From: a bacterium
GTDB lineage: Bacteria > Zhuqueibacterota > QNDG01 > DSAB01
Direction: 5' to 3'
DNA length: 64,000 nucleotides
NCBI GenBank assembly: GCA_011388275.1
Contig: DSAB01000119.1
Span: 110,045-174,044 of the forward strand
Shown here: one piece after another, positions 59,878-64,000 of the stretch
How the letters are laid out: every line of letters begins with the position of its first letter
Position numbering within the stretch: the stretch's first letter is position 1
Notes under the pieces: generated by a model
Databases searched by the model: none
What the model saw: the letters and a program-made list of their open reading frames with translations, nothing else
Told to the model about the DNA's origin: nothing
Made by a program: the position numbers and the translations under genes

Positions 59878-60863
59878 CGCAATCCTCCTTTCTCCAGGGG
59901 CAGAAACGGGAGCACATTCTGCTGGTTCTCATCGAGAATGTATTTTTTGCCGATCTTCGGAAGAATGCGGTTCATCGTTTCGAGATACAGTCTGCGCCGC
60001 GTAACATCCCTGGACTGGCGGTAAGCGTCCCAAACCGAAATATAATTGGCCGCGTCCCCCCTGGCCCTGTTGATACGGTTTAGAAAATAGCCCTCGGCAC
60101 TCTCGATCTGTTTCTTAGCCTCCCCTTCAGCCAATGGGACAGCCTGATTGTAGGATTCCCAGGCCTGATTGATGATTCGTTCCTTTTCCTGTTTGGCCTC
60201 ATTGACATCGTTGAATGCGGGCTTTACGATTTCAGGCGGGTTGACATCCTGAAGTTTGACGGTACCGACACGAATACCCGATTCGTATTCGTCCAGAACC
60301 GTTTGAAGACTTTGTTCGATCTCCTGATCGATCTCCATGCGGCCGGTCGTAAGCACTTCCGACACGCTTCGGTCTCCCACAACGCTTCGAACCACGGATT
60401 CCGTGATCGTGCGCAGCGTTTCTTCGGGATTCCGCACGTTGAACAGAAAGTGCCGGGCATCCTTGATGCGATATTGAATGATCCATTCAACGACGGCGAG
60501 ATTCAGATCACCGGTCAGCATCAGCGATTCATCCTGATATTCCCGAGCCGAATAGACGGTACGGACTCCGGCGCGCAGGGTTCTGAATCCAAACTCCTCT
60601 TTGAATACATATTTGACCTTGACCCTGGTCGCGGTCTCGATTCCCAGAGGAAGCTTCATATGCAGTCCGGGTTCCGTGGTCCGCACAAATTTTCCGAATC
60701 GCTGAACAACCGCCTGTTCGTCGGGTCCGACTGAATACAACGAGGAAGCCAGGAAGATTAAAAACAATATGACTGCGCCTGCAGCGAGCAATGTTTTCGG
60801 AGTAATTTGAGCCGGAATTTGAACCTCCTCTCCACCCAAACGGATGGTTCGCTTAAAAGCCAT
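59874..60863 (-). CDS. hflK: FtsH protease modulator HflK
   Basis: TM plus SPFH domain; MLTGD.N, PP..V..AF.DV, RLYLETM. Confidence 0.93.
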   Translation of the reverse strand: MAFKRTIRLGGEEVQIPAQITPKTLLAAGAVILFLIFLASSLYSVGPDEQAVVQRFGKFVRTTEPGLHMKLPLGIETATRVKVKYVFKEEFGFRTLRAGVRTVYSAREYQDESLMLTGDLNLAVVEWIIQYRIKDARHFLFNVRNPEETLRTITESVVRSVVGDRSVSEVLTTGRMEIDQEIEQSLQTVLDEYESGIRVGTVKLQDVNPPEIVKPAFNDVNEAKQEKERIINQAWESYNQAVPLAEGEAKKQIESAEGYFLNRINRARGDAANYISVWDAYRQSRDVTRRRLYLETMNRILPKIGKKYILDENQQNVLPFLPLEKGGLR

Positions 60864-60905
60864 ATAGCCCCTCCTTTCCCATAAAATGTTTTCTCTGCGG
60901 TTCTG

Positions 60906-62324
60906 TTAAATTTGCCGCCTCAAACGTGCCACGGGAATCATCATCTGTTCCCGGTATTTGGCCACCGTGCGCCGGGCGACACGAAATCCTTCCTTGTGCA
61001 GCATCTCTGAAATGGTCTGATCGTTCAAGGGTTTTCGAGTGTTTTCCTTCTCGATAATCTCCTTGATTCTCGCTTTGATGATTTTATTCGACACATCTTC
61101 ACCGGACTCCGTTTCGAGACGTTCACTGAAGAAATATTTCAGCTCAAAAACACCGAAATCGGTCTGTACATACTTTCCGTTGGTCACCCGGCTCACTGTG
61201 GAGATATCCAGATCGACATCATCCGCCACGTCTTTCAGTATCATGGGTTTCAGGGCTTCTTTCCCTTTCTCAAAAAAACCTCTCTGATGTTTGAGGATCG
61301 ACTCCATCACCCTGAGAATAGTCGATCGGCGCTGATAGATGGAGTTGATAAGCCATCGTGCCGATTCGAGACGCTGGCGAATATAGTCTCTCGTCTCTTT
61401 GGTTACATGGGTTTTGTCCTTGAGTAACTGTTTGTATGATTCATTGATCCTGAGTCTGGGAATATTCCAGTCATTGAGTGTAATTTGGAACTTGCCATCC
61501 TGTTTCTCGACAATAATATCCGGAATAATATAATTCTCGGCTTCCGAGATGTATCTTTCTCCCGGTTTGGGGTTCAATCTGGCCACCGAATCCATGAGTC
61601 GCTTCACGGTTTCAAGGGGAATCCCCAGTTTCTTGGATATCTTCTCATATCTTTTATTGGAAAAATCGTCGAAACACTCTGTCAGCATTCGAATCGCCAG
61701 TTCATTTCTCGGCTCCTGTTCGAGCAGCTGAATGGTCAGACATTCCTGAAGATCTCTGGCACCGATACCAACCGGATCGAAACGCTGAATGACGCACAGC
61801 ACGGTCTCGACCTCTTCTTGAGTTGCATCGAACTGTTCGGCAATGGTATCGATATCACAGGCAAGATATCCGTCATCATCCAGACACCAAAGGATGTACT
61901 CTCCGATCGCGGCTTGTCTTTCATCGAAAGGAGCCAGGTGAAGCTGCTCAAACAGATGATCGAGAAGGGTTACCGGAGCCGGCTCGGGTCGTTCCATATC
62001 GTCTTCACGGTGTTCCCTCGGCTGTTTGATTTCATAATTGTCTTCATCATTGAGAATACTGTCCCAGTCAATCTCTTCTTCTTCGATCTCTTTCTCTTCT
62101 TCCTTTTCCTCCTCTTCTTCCTCCTCTTCCTCTTCGGTTTGTGGCTCCTGCATTTCCAATTCCTGCTCTTGTTCAAGCTCCATTTCCAGAAGAGGGTTGA
62201 TTTCCAGTTCCTGCTTTATCCGCTGTTCCAGGCGAAGTACCGGAAGCTGAAGAAGAGTTGACAGAAGAACCTGTTGGGGACTTTGTTTCTGCTGCAGGAG
62301 CAGTCTCTGGGTTATTTGAATCAT
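60906..62324 (-). CDS. rpoN: RNA polymerase sigma-54 factor
   Basis: Gln/Leu-rich region I, acidic region II, STVSR, RpoN box ARRTVAKYRE. Confidence 0.97.
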   Translation of the reverse strand: MIQITQRLLLQQKQSPQQVLLSTLLQLPVLRLEQRIKQELEINPLLEMELEQEQELEMQEPQTEEEEEEEEEEKEEEKEIEEEEIDWDSILNDEDNYEIKQPREHREDDMERPEPAPVTLLDHLFEQLHLAPFDERQAAIGEYILWCLDDDGYLACDIDTIAEQFDATQEEVETVLCVIQRFDPVGIGARDLQECLTIQLLEQEPRNELAIRMLTECFDDFSNKRYEKISKKLGIPLETVKRLMDSVARLNPKPGERYISEAENYIIPDIIVEKQDGKFQITLNDWNIPRLRINESYKQLLKDKTHVTKETRDYIRQRLESARWLINSIYQRRSTILRVMESILKHQRGFFEKGKEALKPMILKDVADDVDLDISTVSRVTNGKYVQTDFGVFELKYFFSERLETESGEDVSNKIIKARIKEIIEKENTRKPLNDQTISEMLHKEGFRVARRTVAKYREQMMIPVARLRRQI

Positions 62325-62333
62325 ACCGTGCCT

Positions 62334-63116
62334 CTATTCCCTGACTTCCGCATAACGGTCCAAACGAAATTGCGATCCCAAATAGATCTTTCTCGCTTCT
62401 TCATCGTTGGCCAGGAACTCCGATGTGCCTGATTTCAATATTTTTCCCTCCGACAACAAATACGACCGGTCCGTGATTGAAAGTGTTTCATACACGTTGT
62501 GATCGGTAATCAAGACACCGATGTTCTTGTCCTTTAAGTGCATCACAATATTCTGAATATCTTCAATGGCAATCGGATCGATTCCAGCAAACGGTTCATC
62601 CAGAAGAATAAAACGCGGATTGGTTACCAGCGCCCGGGTGATCTCGACACGCCGGCGCTCGCCTCCGGAGAGTGTATAAGCTTTCTGTTTTCGAAGAGAT
62701 TCAATCGAGAGTTCCTGAAGCAAAACTTCAAGCCGATTCATTTGTTCTTCACGGGAAATATTCATGGTTTCAAGAATCGCCAGAATATTCTGTTCCACGG
62801 TTAATTTGCGGAAAACGGACGCTTCCTGGCTCAGATAACCGATTCCCATGCGAGCCCTTCGATACATAGGCAGCCGGGTGATATTCCTGTCATTGAAAAA
62901 AATATCACCTTCATTGGGTCGAATCATTCCGGTAATCATATAAAAAGTCGTGGTTTTGCCCGCACCGTTGGGGCCCAGCAGACCCACAATCTCACCAAGG
63001 CGAACCTCCACGGACACGCTGTCAACGACTCTCCGGCGTCGATAAATTTTCACCAGATTCCGGGCGCTTAATACGTCAACAGGCGCTGTGCCGTCTGGTT
63101 CAGGACGTTCAGTCAA
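62334..63116 (-). CDS. lptB: LPS export ABC transporter ATP-binding protein LptB
   Basis: [38 protein letters not shown]. Confidence 0.96.
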   Translation of the reverse strand: MTERPEPDGTAPVDVLSARNLVKIYRRRRVVDSVSVEVRLGEIVGLLGPNGAGKTTTFYMITGMIRPNEGDIFFNDRNITRLPMYRRARMGIGYLSQEASVFRKLTVEQNILAILETMNISREEQMNRLEVLLQELSIESLRKQKAYTLSGGERRRVEITRALVTNPRFILLDEPFAGIDPIAIEDIQNIVMHLKDKNIGVLITDHNVYETLSITDRSYLLSEGKILKSGTSEFLANDEEARKIYLGSQFRLDRYAEVRE

Positions 63117-64000
63117 AGATTTTCCCCTCTGCCTCTTTTCGCTTTTTCTTTGGGTTTGTATTCTCCGGTACTCAAACCGGGAGAGCTTTCAACGAGAACC
63201 TGTTTGACCTGACCCTCTTCATTAAATTCAAGGATGATCCGGTCACCTGTAACCGTATTGACTCCTTCATTCACTTCATTTTCATCGAATATATAATAGA
63301 CACTGGAGGCCTGTCCTTCCACAATAACCTGCTCGACCGTATCACGGGAAGCGATTATTCGTATTCTCTTTCCATTCAGGACATTTCGATGCAGAGAATC
63401 TTCACCCCAAAATATTTCGGCGTTCCCCCGAATCAACCCCCCGCTGAACTTGAGAGAATCGAGCATCATATCGATGGTGTCGCCGGCCATCTCCTGATCG
63501 GTAAAAAATATTTTTGGTGTTTTCTGAAGCACGATCCGTTCTTCTTCCGCGTAATAATCGGCTGTCTCGGAAACGGCTTTCAAGTTACCGCGGGTAATCA
63601 CCACACTGTCCCTGGCAAAGACTCTTTGCTCCTCTCCCCAGGCTTCCAGATAGCGGCATTCCATGGTCATAGTGTCACGGCTGCTCGTATCGATTTTTAC
63701 AGCCCTGACCCGGCCTGTCATCAATCCATAATCCTTGTTACGGTCGTACAAGGCTTCGTCTCCAGATAGTTCAACCGATTCGATCATATCATTGATCCGG
63801 ACACGACCTGTGGCTCTGGCGACTTTCGAATTCTGATTGTATATCACCTGATCGCCTCGAAGCGTTCGGTGATCCTCATGCAAAAATACATCGCCTGTGG
63901 CGATCTCGGTCCGGGTTTTTCCGTTATACTGCACACGCTGGCTCGTCAGAGTTCGTTTCCCATCGAAAATGTGTACATTATCATCAAGAAAAACGAGTTC
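63113..64000 (-). CDS. LptA/OstA-like beta-jellyroll protein (partial, starts beyond window end)
   Basis: Frame stays open to 64000 ([22 protein letters not shown]...); repeated OstA-type strands; directly upstream of lptB. Confidence 0.82.
   Translation of the reverse strand, partial: ELVFLDDNVHIFDGKRTLTSQRVQYNGKTRTEIATGDVFLHEDHRTLRGDQVIYNQNSKVARATGRVRINDMIESVELSGDEALYDRNKDYGLMTGRVRAVKIDTSSRDTMTMECRYLEAWGEEQRVFARDSVVITRGNLKAVSETADYYAEEERIVLQKTPKIFFTDQEMAGDTIDMMLDSLKFSGGLIRGNAEIFWGEDSLHRNVLNGKRIRIIASRDTVEQVIVEGQASSVYYIFDENEVNEGVNTVTGDRIILEFNEEGQVKQVLVESSPGLSTGEYKPKEKAKRGRGENL

Noticed and set aside
62070-62180. Low-complexity (TCT/TCC)n tract
   Set aside because: It encodes the acidic poly-Glu region II of sigma54; not a repeat element.
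1-64000. CRISPR arrays, IS elements, prophage or defence systems
   Set aside because: No regularly spaced repeats, transposase, integrase or phage/defence motifs were recognised.

Overview
Gene-dense core-genome region of a diderm bacterium, mostly on the minus strand. It is probably FCB superphylum (KSB1/Calditrichota-like); this is inferred from a T9SS-type C-terminal sorting domain, the divIVA-mtnP-ileS-dksA-lspA-rluD gene order, and canonical sigma70 promoters plus Shine-Dalgarno sites. It contains partial pcrA/uvrD, mltG, a ~16 kb co-directional run from rimP-nusA-infB-rbfA-truB-ribF-rpsO-pnp to dinB, tRNA-Arg(CCT), an M20 hydrolase-epmA-radical SAM trio, an ECF sigma/anti-sigma unit, the ileS operon, an S8 protease, uvrB-purD, ychF, a PpiD/SurA-like chaperone and lptA-lptB-rpoN-hflKC-hslVU-argF. 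I found no mobile element or CRISPR array. Three items stand out. (1) A plus-strand GT2 glycosyltransferase - serine palmitoyltransferase - GNAT ceramide synthase cluster (38.7-42.4 kb) suggests (glyco)sphingolipid synthesis. (2) An orphan cassette at 42.36-42.68 kb has enhancer-like palindromes, a consensus IHF site, a sigma54-type promoter and a terminator framing a ~70 nt C/U-rich anti-RBS transcript. This is a candidate sigma54-dependent sRNA, and it lies next to a PTS IIA / C4 zinc-ribbon gene pair. (3) The type 2 IleRS carries GIHH in place of HIGH. All calls come from reading motifs by eye; no searches were run.
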